A stretch of 32,906 nucleotides of DNA from Candidatus Sericytochromatia bacterium (GCA_036676495.1 JAKFCT010000079.1:1-32906); one strand, 5' to 3'. Positions 1 to 8,207 are shown, counted from the first letter of the stretch. Notes: generated from the letters alone by a model not told the origin. Program-made: numbers and translations.

Positions 1-1
1 G

Positions 2-352
2 GCCCTCTCGCTGAGCAACGGCGGTTGCCCTCGGTGTCGGATGATCTCCTCCGTCCTGATCCTTCGGGCCGGCCGCGACGTCGCCGCGGCGGAGGGCTGG
101 GTGGAGGTCCGGTGCGTCCGGTGTGAGACGGAGTGGCGGATCGTCCCCATCCACCCGGACGAGGAGGCGCGGCAGAGGCGGGAGGGCCGTGAGCAGGCAG
201 AGGCTGCTCGGAAGCCGGGCGGGCTGCTGGGGATTCCGGTGGTCGTTACCATAGCCGCGCCGCCCAACCGTGTGACGTTCGCCCAGGACTGCAAGGTCGT
301 CGGTATCATCGAGAACGTCGGGGCACCGGCGGAGGAAGGAGCAAGCGAATGA
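2..352 (+). CDS. Phage zinc-ribbon protein, probably 5'-truncated by the window edge
   Basis: The frame of ORF 41..352 is open back to base 2 (ALSLSNGGCPRCRM...), giving a CPRC...CVRC pair. Stop overlaps the next ATG (ATGA 349-352). Confidence 0.6.
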   Translation, partial: ALSLSNGGCPRCRMISSVLILRAGRDVAAAEGWVEVRCVRCETEWRIVPIHPDEEARQRREGREQAEAARKPGGLLGIPVVVTIAAPPNRVTFAQDCKVVGIIENVGAPAEEGASE

Positions 353-744
353 GCGAGCAGCGAGAGCGAAACTACGTCCGGAGCGGCCCCCGGGCGCTGG
401 AGATGGCTCGGGAGCATTGCGTCGAGCGCTTGGGGGATTGCCGCGGCTGCCTCCATGCCCTGGAGAGCCTGAACTGGACGTGCAAGATCCGGCAGATCCC
501 GGAGGTGAAGCAGGCGATCGCCAGCCGTCAGGCTAAGCCGGTATCGCGCCGGACCCCATACGCGAAGCTCACGGCCGCCGATGCGTGGGCGATCCTGGAC
601 CTGCTGGCGACCGGGATGCAGCTCAAGGACATCGGGACGGCGATGGGGGTTTCAGCGACCACGGTGGGCGACATTCGGGACGGCATCCGATGGCGCGACG
701 TTCACCGGGATTGGCACGCGAAGCACGACAAGGCCGCTGGATAG
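349..744 (+). CDS. Phage protein with Cys cluster and C-terminal helix-turn-helix
   Basis: RBS GGAGGAAGGAG. HC-x6-CRGC...C cluster. C-terminal AKLTAADAWAILDLLATGMQLKDIGTAMGVSATTVGDIRDGIRW is an HTH pattern. Confidence 0.7.
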   Translation: MSEQRERNYVRSGPRALEMAREHCVERLGDCRGCLHALESLNWTCKIRQIPEVKQAIASRQAKPVSRRTPYAKLTAADAWAILDLLATGMQLKDIGTAMGVSATTVGDIRDGIRWRDVHRDWHAKHDKAAG

Positions 745-755
745 AGGGATAGACG

Positions 756-1316
756 ATGCAAACGACGAAGAACCCCTACTACGAGCTTTTCTACCGCGCC
801 GAGGACGGAAACCCCCAGGCGATCGCCCTCCTCCTCGAGCGCCACCTCCTCCGCCTTGCTCCCTGTCCGGCGCCCTGGAGCGACGCGCGGCCGTACACCA
901 GCGTCGAGAGCCCGGACGGGAGCCGGACATGGTACGACACGACGGAGGGCACGCTAGCCTGGGACCTGGCCTTCCCCCCGCGGCCGAAGGTGTACCGGGA
1001 GCGCCGGCAGTACTCGCGGAAGGCGATCCTCCGAGCCCTGCTGCTCTACCAGCGCTACCAGGAGGCCGGGCTCGACCGCGGGTCGGACGGGCAGATCGCC
1101 GCGGTCTGCAAGCGGATCGACGCGTGGTTTGCGTTCAACCCGCTCTCCGAGATGGAGCGCAAGGTCGTGTTCCTGCACTTCATGCAGGGCAAGAGCCAGG
1201 AGGAGGTCGGGAAGCTGATTGGCCGGACCCGGCAGACGGTCGCGCGGTACGCCCGCGAAGCCTTGGAAAAGATGGAGCTCTACATCAACAACTGGCTCGA
1301 GGAGGAGGTGTCGTAA
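756..1316 (+). CDS. Sigma-70 region-4-like HTH protein, probable late-gene transcriptional regulator (RinA/ArpU/Q-like position)
   Basis: LSEMERKVVFLHFMQGKSQEEVGKLIGRTRQTVARYAREALEKM matches a sigma r4 HTH. It is the last gene before an AT-rich gap and the packaging module. Confidence 0.75.
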   Translation: MQTTKNPYYELFYRAEDGNPQAIALLLERHLLRLAPCPAPWSDARPYTSVESPDGSRTWYDTTEGTLAWDLAFPPRPKVYRERRQYSRKAILRALLLYQRYQEAGLDRGSDGQIAAVCKRIDAWFAFNPLSEMERKVVFLHFMQGKSQEEVGKLIGRTRQTVARYAREALEKMELYINNWLEEEVS

Positions 1317-1410
1317 GAAATCTGTGGATAACTTCTAACGGATTGTAACAAACTACTTGCAGGAAATCCGATTTAACGTGTCAATAGGTTTATAGCCTAG
1401 TCTGCCGGTT
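1317..1410 (+). promoter_or_regulatory. AT-rich probable late promoter region containing a perfect DnaA box (TGTGGATAA, 1323-1331)
   Basis: Sharp AT enrichment directly after the regulator gene. TTGCAG at 1357-1362 has only a weak -10. TGTGGATAA is the reverse complement of the DnaA consensus TTATCCACA. Confidence 0.5.
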
Positions 1411-1418
1411 CGTGTGTC

Positions 1419-1444
1419 AAGCCCTCGGAATTCCCGGGGGCTTT
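1419..1444 (+). terminator. Hairpin, possible attenuator/terminator after the late promoter
   Basis: AAGCCCTCGG-AATTC-CCGGGGGCTT, 10-bp stem with a short T tract. Confidence 0.45.
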
Positions 1445-1465
1445 CGTCGTGGAAAGGGGTGTCAA

Positions 1466-1864
1466 ATGGACGTCAACGCAGCGTTTGAGGCCTTCCTGTC
1501 CGATGGCGCCCTGGTCCGCCTGCACCCCGACGTGGCGGACGCGATACCCGCGGCGACTCCCCGCCGGACCACCCGCGTGCTCGACCGCATGCCCGAGCTG
1601 CCGAAGGCCGCCGAGGAGCGGGAGGCCGTCCTGGCTCAGCGCGCCCGCGCCCGCCAGGTCGAGCGTGCCGAGCGCAAGGGCCAGCCGATCGCCGAGTACG
1701 GCCCGACCGTCACGTGGGTCGTGGGGGACGGCAAGGATCGTCGGCAGGTCAGCGGCCGCCTCTCGGAGATGCACCGGGCCTTCCCGGATGCCGCGGAGGT
1801 GGAGAGCCGGGCCCAGGCAGGGGTGAGGGCGCCCGAGCCGCCGAAACGAATCGTCCAGTTGTAG
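1466..1864 (+). CDS. Phage hypothetical protein
   Basis: RBS GAAAGGGGT before ATG 1466 (the ORF-track start at 1412 is probably too early). GC3-rich codons; followed by a terminator. Confidence 0.7.
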   Translation: MDVNAAFEAFLSDGALVRLHPDVADAIPAATPRRTTRVLDRMPELPKAAEEREAVLAQRARARQVERAERKGQPIAEYGPTVTWVVGDGKDRRQVSGRLSEMHRAFPDAAEVESRAQAGVRAPEPPKRIVQL

Positions 1865-1889
1865 CCGTCCCGCGTGGGGCGGCTTTTTT
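1863..1889 (+). terminator. Intrinsic terminator
   Basis: AGCCGTCCC-GCGT-GGGGCGGCT followed by TTTTT. Confidence 0.8.
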
Positions 1890-1910
1890 GATGGGAAGAG
1901 AGGAGCAACC

Positions 1911-2219
1911 ATGAAACCTACCGTTGGCCGCCTGGTTCACTACCAGGCTTATGGCACCCCTGGCGGCGAGTACCCGTCCATCGAGCGCGCGGCCGTCGTG
2001 ACCGCCGTCGAGTCCCGTCACGATGCCTCGGGCCCCGAGACCGAAAACCCTCCCGAGGAAGCCTTCTTCAAGGTCTCGCTCTGCATCCTCAATCCGACCG
2101 GGCAGCTCTTCAACCAAGACGTGCCCTATTCGGCCGAGCCGAAGCCCGGCCACTGGAACTGGATGCCCTACCAGGTCGCGCGTCACGCGAAGGACGAAGC
2201 CGAAGGCCTGAAGGTCTAA
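1911..2219 (+). CDS. Conserved-looking phage hypothetical protein
   Basis: RBS GAGGAG. The KPTVGRLVHY...RAAVVTAV...W pattern resembles small proteins seen near phage packaging modules (from recall, not searched). Confidence 0.75.
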   Translation: MKPTVGRLVHYQAYGTPGGEYPSIERAAVVTAVESRHDASGPETENPPEEAFFKVSLCILNPTGQLFNQDVPYSAEPKPGHWNWMPYQVARHAKDEAEGLKV

Positions 2220-2223
2220 CCCT

Positions 2224-2500
2224 GTCCCCGCCCCTCCTTCGGGGACCAATGCGATCGCCGGTAGGGGACGCCGGCGATCGCCTCTGAGCGGTGTAGGTGT
2301 GATTGCGCCTCGCCGCTCTTCTTGCTCCAAGCCCACGGTGCGGCGCGCGGACTCAACCATCCGCGTGAGCAGGTTCGAAGCCTGCCTTGGGGCCTCAACT
2401 CACAACCTCTCCCGGGGAAGGCCGCTACCGCCTGGACCGTGAGACGGGGGATTGCGCCGGGGAGTTCGGGACAGCGCATCCCCCATGCTTTTCGGGGAGG
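2224..2500 (+). ncRNA. Putative structured non-coding RNA region (series of hairpins around a tRNA-like element)
   Basis: Helices GTCCCCG/CGGGGAC (2224-2246), GCGATCGCCGG/CCGGCGATCGC (2251-2281), GAGCGGTG..AGGTGT/GCGCCT.CGCCGCTC (2286-2318) and GGGGGATTGCGC/GCGCATCCCCC (~2446-2484). No convincing CDS. Confidence 0.55.
2324..2394 (+). tRNA. Atypical tRNA-like element (pseudo-tRNA or tRNA mimic); identity undetermined
   Basis: Acceptor GCTCCAAG/CTTGGGGC (8 bp). T-arm GCAGG-TTCGAAG-CCTGC. Anticodon-like arm CGCGGA-CTCAACCA-TCCGCG. 3-nt variable loop, degenerate D-arm retaining GG, no encoded CCA. Confidence 0.55.
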
Positions 2501-2505
2501 ACTCG

Positions 2506-2682
2506 ATGGTCTGCACGCATCGGGGCTCCATCGCCGTGTTCATCCCGCTCGACTTCCCGCTCTGCCGCTACTTCATCGCCTGCCCGAGCTGCGGGCCATG
2601 GGCCGGTGGGGAGACGGAGGATCCGTTCGCGCTTGCCACGGAGTGGAGTCTCGAGGAGAGTCAGGAAGGTAAGAGCCGATGA
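2506..2682 (+). CDS. Small Cys/His-containing phage protein (58 aa)
   Basis: RBS GGGGAGG before ATG 2506. CTH...CPSC motifs. Stop overlaps the next ATG. Confidence 0.55.
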   Translation: MVCTHRGSIAVFIPLDFPLCRYFIACPSCGPWAGGETEDPFALATEWSLEESQEGKSR

Positions 2683-2768
2683 CGCAACGGACTGATGGAC
2701 GCTGCTCCCGGTGCCTCTCGGTGCTAACGGCGGGCGCTTGCTGGGTGTGCCAAGGGAGGGCGATGTGA
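2679..2768 (+). CDS. 29-aa zinc-finger microprotein MTQRTDGRCSRCLSVLTAGACWVCQGRAM (not in ORF track)
   Basis: Translated by hand. CxxC-x8-CxxC. ATGA overlap with the upstream gene and GTGA overlap with the downstream gene. RBS AGGAAGGT. Confidence 0.6.
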   Translation: MTQRTDGRCSRCLSVLTAGACWVCQGRAM

Positions 2769-4006
2769 GCGAACTGCAGATTCACCAGGTGCCTGTCGCC
2801 GACCTTCAGGCGGCCGGGTACAACCCGCGGCGGATGCCCGACGAGCAGATGCGCCTCCTCATGCGCGGCATCGAGGAGTTCGGCGTCGTCGACCCGGTCA
2901 TCGTCAACCGTCGCTCCGGCAACATCGTGGGCGGGCATCAGCGCGTCGAGGCTTGCAAGCGCCTGGGGCGCGATACCATCCCCGTGGTCTACGTCGACCT
3001 GGACGACGCGCGCGAGAAGGCGCTGAACCTGGCGCTTAACAAGATCAGCGGCGAGTGGGACGAGGACCGCCTCCGGAGCCTCCTCTCCGAGCTGCGGGCC
3101 GGCGACCTGGACCTCGACCTTACCGGCTTCTCGGGCGTCGAGCTGGACGACCTGATCGGCGTGATGCCGGCGGAGTTCTTCGTGCCCCAGTGCGACCCGG
3201 ACGACGTGCCGGAGCTTCCGGCGGAGGCGGTGACCCGCAAGGGCGAGCTGATCCTCCTGGGTCGACACCGCCTGCTCTGCGGGGACTCGACCGATCCCGC
3301 GAACGTGGCGCGCCTGATGGACGGCGCGAAGGCGGACATGATCTTCACGGATCCGCCGTACAACGTGAGCTACAAGGGCAAGACCAAGGACGCCCTGACC
3401 ATTGAGAACGACGCGATGAACCCCGAGGAGTTCCGGGCCTTCCTGCTCGCCTCCTACCGGGCCATGCTCTCGGTGACGAAGCCGGGCGGGCCCATCTACG
3501 TTTGCCACTCGGACACGGAGGGCGAGGCCTTCCGATGGGCAATGCGCGAGGCCGGCTGGCTCTTTAAGCAGTGCCTGGTCTGGGTGAAACAGGCCTTCGT
3601 ATTGGGGCGCCAGGATTACCAGTGGCAGCACGAATCCATCTTGTACGGATGGGCGCCGGATGAACTCATTCCACAGCACCAGCCGATTCTGTACGGCTGG
3701 GCCCCCGGGGCGGCACATCAGTGGCACGGTGACCGGAAGCAGTCCACCGTCTGGGAGTTCGACCGGCCGTCCCGGAACGATATCCACCCAACCATGAAGC
3801 CGGTGGCCCTGGTCGAAAGAGGCATCCTCAACTCGTCAACGCCCGGCGCGCTCTTGTTCGAGCCGTTTGGCGGGAGCGGATCCACGCTGATCGCCGCCGA
3901 GCAGACCGGAAGGACGTGCAACCTGATGGAGCTCTCGCCGCGCTACGCCGACGTCATTGTCCGGCGCTGGGAGGACTTCACCGGGCATAAGGCCGTCCGG
4001 CTATAG
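2765..4006 (+). CDS. ParB/Srx-like N-terminal domain fused to an N6-adenine/N4-cytosine DNA methyltransferase (beta class)
   Basis: YNPRRM...IEEFGVVDPVIVN...GGHQRV (ParB-like). HRLLCGDST, DPPY catalytic motif, HPTMKP, EPFGGSGST SAM-binding motif. GTG start at 2765 with RBS GGGAGGG. Confidence 0.93.
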   Translation: MSELQIHQVPVADLQAAGYNPRRMPDEQMRLLMRGIEEFGVVDPVIVNRRSGNIVGGHQRVEACKRLGRDTIPVVYVDLDDAREKALNLALNKISGEWDEDRLRSLLSELRAGDLDLDLTGFSGVELDDLIGVMPAEFFVPQCDPDDVPELPAEAVTRKGELILLGRHRLLCGDSTDPANVARLMDGAKADMIFTDPPYNVSYKGKTKDALTIENDAMNPEEFRAFLLASYRAMLSVTKPGGPIYVCHSDTEGEAFRWAMREAGWLFKQCLVWVKQAFVLGRQDYQWQHESILYGWAPDELIPQHQPILYGWAPGAAHQWHGDRKQSTVWEFDRPSRNDIHPTMKPVALVERGILNSSTPGALLFEPFGGSGSTLIAAEQTGRTCNLMELSPRYADVIVRRWEDFTGHKAVRL

Positions 4007-4009
4007 GGG

Positions 4010-4513
4010 GTGATGGCGATGGCAGGGAAGCAAAACGCGCTCGACATCGCCATGCGCCGAGAGAAGATCGAAGCTCTGATGCTCATGGAGTTCACCACGG
4101 GTGACATCCTCGAGCTAATGCCTGACATGAAGCGCCGGACGCTCGAACGCGACATGGAGGAGATTCGCCGGAAGTGGCGAGAGGAAGGCGAGGGGCTGCC
4201 GGCGCGCGAACAGCTTCGCGAGCAGATGGTCAGGAAGGCCAGGAAGGCTGAAAACAAGGCCTGGCTCATCGAAGCCAAGAGCAAGTCCTACTCGGAGAAG
4301 CTCGGCGCCATCAAGGCCGCACTCCAGGCTCAGAAGCGCCAGGCGCGCCTCCTAGGGCTCGACGCTCCGATTCGTACCGAAGTGAGCGGCCCAGAGGGCG
4401 GCCCGATCGAAGTGAGGGAGGGGCTCGATGAACAGGAAAGAGCTGCTCGAGTTGCTGCCCTACTTGCCGCCTTCGGCCACGCGCCTCCTGGATCGCCTCC
4501 TGGATCAGAGTGA
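4010..4513 (+). CDS. Terminase small subunit (putative)
   Basis: Directly upstream of TerL. Helical protein with the ARLLGLDAP...EVSGPEGGPI C-terminal motif typical of TerS. Exact start (4010/4013/4019) uncertain. Confidence 0.8.
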   Translation: MMAMAGKQNALDIAMRREKIEALMLMEFTTGDILELMPDMKRRTLERDMEEIRRKWREEGEGLPAREQLREQMVRKARKAENKAWLIEAKSKSYSEKLGAIKAALQAQKRQARLLGLDAPIRTEVSGPEGGPIEVREGLDEQERAARVAALLAAFGHAPPGSPPGSE

Positions 4514-5906
4514 CCGCGGGTGGTTCCCGCTGCCCGGCCCCCAGATGCAGGCCTTTTTCAGCGAGGCTGATGAGCTGTTCTACGGCGGCGCGGCTGGCGG
4601 CGGCAAGTCGGACCTCCTGCTAGGGCTTTCGCACACTGAACACTACCAGACGATCATTTTTCGCCGTGAGTTCCCGCAGATCAAGGGACTCGAAGAGCGT
4701 ATGACCGAGATCATGGGCAGCACCGCCGGCTACAACTCGCAGCGAAAGTTCTGGCGACTGCCCGGCGGCCGCTCGCTGGAGTTCGGTTCGGTTCCGCGCC
4801 TAGGTGACGAGGTGAAGTACCAAGGGCGCCCTCACGACCTCAAGGCCTTCGACGAGATCACGCACTTCCTCGAGGCGCAGTACCGCTTCCTCATCGGCTG
4901 GACCCGTACCAGCCGCCCCGGACAGCGGACGCGCGCCATCGCAACCGGGAATCCGCCGACCACTCCTGAAGGGGAGTGGGTGGTGCAGTACTGGGGGCCC
5001 TGGCTAGATCCCCAGCATCCGAACCCGGCCAAGCCCGGCGAGTTGCGCTGGTTCGCCACGATCGACGGCAAGGACGTTGAGCTCGACGGGCCCGAGCCCT
5101 TCATGCATAAAGGCGAACTGGTTGAGCCGAAGTCGCGGACCTTCATCCCGGCCCGGGTCGAGGACAACCCCTACCTAATGGCCTCCGGGTATAAGCGCCA
5201 GCTCCAGAACCTGCCGGAGCCGCTCAGGACTCGGATGCTCTTGGGCACCTTCGGCATGGAGCGCGATGACGACCCCTGGCAGGTCATCCCCACAGCCTGG
5301 GTCGATGCCGCAATGGAGCGATGGTCGAGGCGAAGCAAGCCCGACCTCTCGCTCACGGCGACCGGCGTCGACGTCGCCCGCGGCGGCAAGGATAAGACCG
5401 TGATCGCCAAACGGCATGGGAATTGGCTCGATGAGTTGGAGGCGCACCCAGGATCGAGCACTCCGGACGGCCCGAAGGTCGCCGCTCTAGTCGTCGCTGC
5501 CACGCGTGGCAAGGGCACGGTGAACATCGACATCATCGGCGTCGGAGCTTCCGCCTACGACTCGCTCACCATCTCGCTTGATGACGTCGTAGGTTTGAAT
5601 GGCGCTGCTGGGTCCAAGGCGAAGGACCGTACCGGGAAACTCGGCTTCCTCAACAAGCGCGCCGAATGGTACTGGCACCTCCGCGAGATCCTCGACCCAG
5701 AGCACGGCGAGGACATCGCCCTCCCACCTGATCGGGAGCTCCGCGCCGATCTTACGGCGCCGCGGTGGAAGCTGACGACCCGGGGAATCCAGGTGGAGAG
5801 CAAAGACGACATTCAGGCGCGGATTGGCCGATCCCCAGACAAGGGCGACGCAGCGGTCTATGCATTCGCCGAGGAAAACGCACGCTTCAACCCGATCGGA
5901 GTATGA
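4428..5906 (+). CDS. terL: Terminase large subunit
   Basis: Walker A YGGAAGGGKS, Walker B AFDEITHF, coupling motif ATGNP, nuclease motifs GVDVARGGKDKT and SPDKGDA. Strong RBS before 4428. Confidence 0.96.
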   Translation: MNRKELLELLPYLPPSATRLLDRLLDQSDRGWFPLPGPQMQAFFSEADELFYGGAAGGGKSDLLLGLSHTEHYQTIIFRREFPQIKGLEERMTEIMGSTAGYNSQRKFWRLPGGRSLEFGSVPRLGDEVKYQGRPHDLKAFDEITHFLEAQYRFLIGWTRTSRPGQRTRAIATGNPPTTPEGEWVVQYWGPWLDPQHPNPAKPGELRWFATIDGKDVELDGPEPFMHKGELVEPKSRTFIPARVEDNPYLMASGYKRQLQNLPEPLRTRMLLGTFGMERDDDPWQVIPTAWVDAAMERWSRRSKPDLSLTATGVDVARGGKDKTVIAKRHGNWLDELEAHPGSSTPDGPKVAALVVAATRGKGTVNIDIIGVGASAYDSLTISLDDVVGLNGAAGSKAKDRTGKLGFLNKRAEWYWHLREILDPEHGEDIALPPDRELRADLTAPRWKLTTRGIQVESKDDIQARIGRSPDKGDAAVYAFAEENARFNPIGV

Positions 5907-7414
5907 CGATGGCAGAGAATCAGAAGTGCTGGCTGGATACCGTCCACCCGGCATATGCGGCGGCGGCTCCCCATTGGGCGTTCTGCCGGCAGAGCTACGA
6001 GGGCGGCCCCGCGTATTTCGAGACCAACCTCTTCAAGTTCCGCCTCGAGGACCCGGGGGACTTCGTCGAGCGCAAGAAGCGGGCGAATCGCTACAACTTC
6101 TCGGGACAGGTCGTCGACATCTTCAACGACCACCTCTTCAAGGTCCAGCCGACTCGCAAGGTCGACGCGGCCCGGCCGGGCGTCCAGCGTTTCTGGAAGC
6201 GAGCCACGAAGGGCAAAGGCGCCAATGGGATCGAGGTCTTCATCCGTGAGGTCTCGAAGTGGAAGAGCGCTGAAGGTCGTCTCTACGCCGTGATCGACGT
6301 GCCGTCGGACGGGGGAGTACCCCCGACCACTGAAGCCGATCGCCTGAGCCGCGGCCTTGAGCCCTACGCCTACTACGTCCACCCGGACGACATGCTCGAC
6401 ATCGCCTTTGACGAAGACGGCAAGATCCTCTGGGCGAAGGTCCGCGAGCGTTACCGCGACGATGCGGATCCCAAGGCGGCTAGCGATTCGTACGAGGAGC
6501 GATACCGCCTCTGGGAGCGTGGCAAGTGGTCGCTCTGGCGGAAAAAGAAGGACGATCAAACCGGCACCGTCGAGGCCGAGCTCATCGAGGAAGGCGAAAT
6601 TCCTTTCGACGAGGTCCCGATCGTCATCGTCGAGCACCAGGACGGCGACGACTACACCTCGCCAGGGCTGATCGATGACGTGGTCTACATCGACCGCGAC
6701 ATCTTCAACCTCGGGAGCGAACTCAACGAAACGATCAGCCAGCAGACCTTCGGGCAACTCATCATGCCGTCGGATGCGCTACCGTCGAAGCTGACGGAGG
6801 ATCAGCTCGCCAAGTACCTGGCCGTCGGCAAGCGTCGCGTCCTGGTCTACTACGCCGATGCCAAGCATCCGCCGCAGTACATCAGCCCGGACGCGTCCCA
6901 GGGCGGCCTCATCCTCTCGACCATCGACAAGCGGATCGGCTGGCTCTACGACGCCGTCAACCTCGGTTCGGAGGTCGGTCGCGAGAAGACAACCGCCGCG
7001 AGCGGCGTCTCGAAGGCCTACGACTTCGCCACGCTCGAGGGCGGACTCGTCACCTCCGCGACCGAGCTGGAATCGGCTGAGATGGAAATGGCGCGCTTCG
7101 TCGACCTCTGGACCGGCGGCACGGGCGAACTCCCCGAGGGGCTCGTCGCTTACCCGCGGACCTTCGACGTGGTCAGCCTGAATCAGGCACTCACGGAGGC
7201 GATGAGCCTGCAGGTCGTCCTCGAGGAGGCTTCGCCCACGGCCATGGCCGAGCTTCGCAAGCAGCTCGCAGCCAAGGGCCTGGACAAGCTCGACGCGAAG
7301 ACCATGCAGCAGATCGTGGCCGAGATCGACGCCTACGCGGCGACCGAGCGGCTCGGGCCTGCTGAAGACCAGGAAGACGAGGTGATCGAGGTGGAGAATG
7401 GCGGATTGGCTTGA
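5903..7414 (+). CDS. Portal protein
   Basis: ~500 aa directly after TerL with ATGA overlap (the ORF-track start at 5765 is too early). HPAY..., SGVSKAYDF clip-region motif, acidic C-terminus. Confidence 0.88.
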   Translation: MTMAENQKCWLDTVHPAYAAAAPHWAFCRQSYEGGPAYFETNLFKFRLEDPGDFVERKKRANRYNFSGQVVDIFNDHLFKVQPTRKVDAARPGVQRFWKRATKGKGANGIEVFIREVSKWKSAEGRLYAVIDVPSDGGVPPTTEADRLSRGLEPYAYYVHPDDMLDIAFDEDGKILWAKVRERYRDDADPKAASDSYEERYRLWERGKWSLWRKKKDDQTGTVEAELIEEGEIPFDEVPIVIVEHQDGDDYTSPGLIDDVVYIDRDIFNLGSELNETISQQTFGQLIMPSDALPSKLTEDQLAKYLAVGKRRVLVYYADAKHPPQYISPDASQGGLILSTIDKRIGWLYDAVNLGSEVGREKTTAASGVSKAYDFATLEGGLVTSATELESAEMEMARFVDLWTGGTGELPEGLVAYPRTFDVVSLNQALTEAMSLQVVLEEASPTAMAELRKQLAAKGLDKLDAKTMQQIVAEIDAYAATERLGPAEDQEDEVIEVENGGLA

Positions 7415-8207
7415 GCGATTCGTCCGGCGACAGGACAGGGCAAAGGATGCCGCAGCACGCGCGCTGACGAGCATCTACACGCAGGCGGCCCGGGAGCTTC
7501 TCGGGTCGCTTCTGCTTGATGGCGATGCTCCCCTCGACGTCATCCGGAACGGCCGGGTGCTCGCCCAGGTCCTGCCTCTCCTGCAGCGTCTGGACAACCG
7601 GGCGACGATGGCCCTGAGCACGCTCCTCCTAGACGCCTACGCAGGGACCCGGCGGGACATCTTCCGCGTAGCGCTCCTGCAGGCTGGCTCAGTTCCACCT
7701 CCGCCGGAGGCGGGGATCCGGATCTCGTTCGAGACCATCCCTGAAGAGCGCGTGCGCGAGGCCGCCCGGGCGAGCCTCGCGCACGTCAAGGGGATCGGCG
7801 AGGACTTGCGGACCAAGATCCGGGCCCAGATCGGCATCTCCTACGTCCGGGGGGAGAGCGTCCGTGACCTCGCCAAGCGGATTGCTGGAACGGGACTCAC
7901 CCCGGATGGCGGGCACCCGAGCTTCCACACGGCCGAGGTCCGCGCCAACGTAATCGCCCGAACCGAGACCGCGCGGATCCACTCCGTCACCACCGAGGAG
8001 GCGATCGCCCAGATCCCCGGCGGCCTGATGGAGTGGAGCGCACTCCTGGAGGGGGCCTGCAAGTTCTGCCGTGACCTCGACGGGCAGCTTGCGAAGCCGG
8101 GCGAGCTCTTCGTCGGGCGACGCTACCCCGGCATGTGGATGGTGCCTCGGCATCCCCGTTGCCGCTGCGTGATCGTCCCGCACATACCGAAAGCAGGGAG
8201 ACCATGA
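7398..8207 (+). CDS. Minor head protein, Mu gpF/SPP1 gp7 (MuF) family, short form
   Basis: RANVIARTETARIH, CKFCRDLDG and HPRCRC motifs; follows the portal. Confidence 0.92.
   Translation: MADWLERFVRRQDRAKDAAARALTSIYTQAARELLGSLLLDGDAPLDVIRNGRVLAQVLPLLQRLDNRATMALSTLLLDAYAGTRRDIFRVALLQAGSVPPPPEAGIRISFETIPEERVREAARASLAHVKGIGEDLRTKIRAQIGISYVRGESVRDLAKRIAGTGLTPDGGHPSFHTAEVRANVIARTETARIHSVTTEEAIAQIPGGLMEWSALLEGACKFCRDLDGQLAKPGELFVGRRYPGMWMVPRHPRCRCVIVPHIPKAGRP

Noticed and set aside
2324-2394. Canonical tRNA-Leu(CAA), tRNA-Sec or opal suppressor indicating stop-codon recoding
   Set aside because: 8-nt loop, no purine after CAA, no long variable arm and a defective D-arm. Phage genes are unbroken in the standard code and use TGA/TAG as normal stops.
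2573-3787. Long antisense and alternate-frame ORFs (for example 2573..3787, 5858..6757, 9663..10622, 12830..13987, 14685..15839, 29099..30319)
   Set aside because: They are shadows of real genes in high-GC DNA, with no RBS, no motifs and Arg/Pro/Gly-rich or mirror-codon composition.
7398-8207. MuF polymorphic toxin fusion
   Set aside because: The protein ends a few residues after HPRCRC, with no C-terminal toxin extension.
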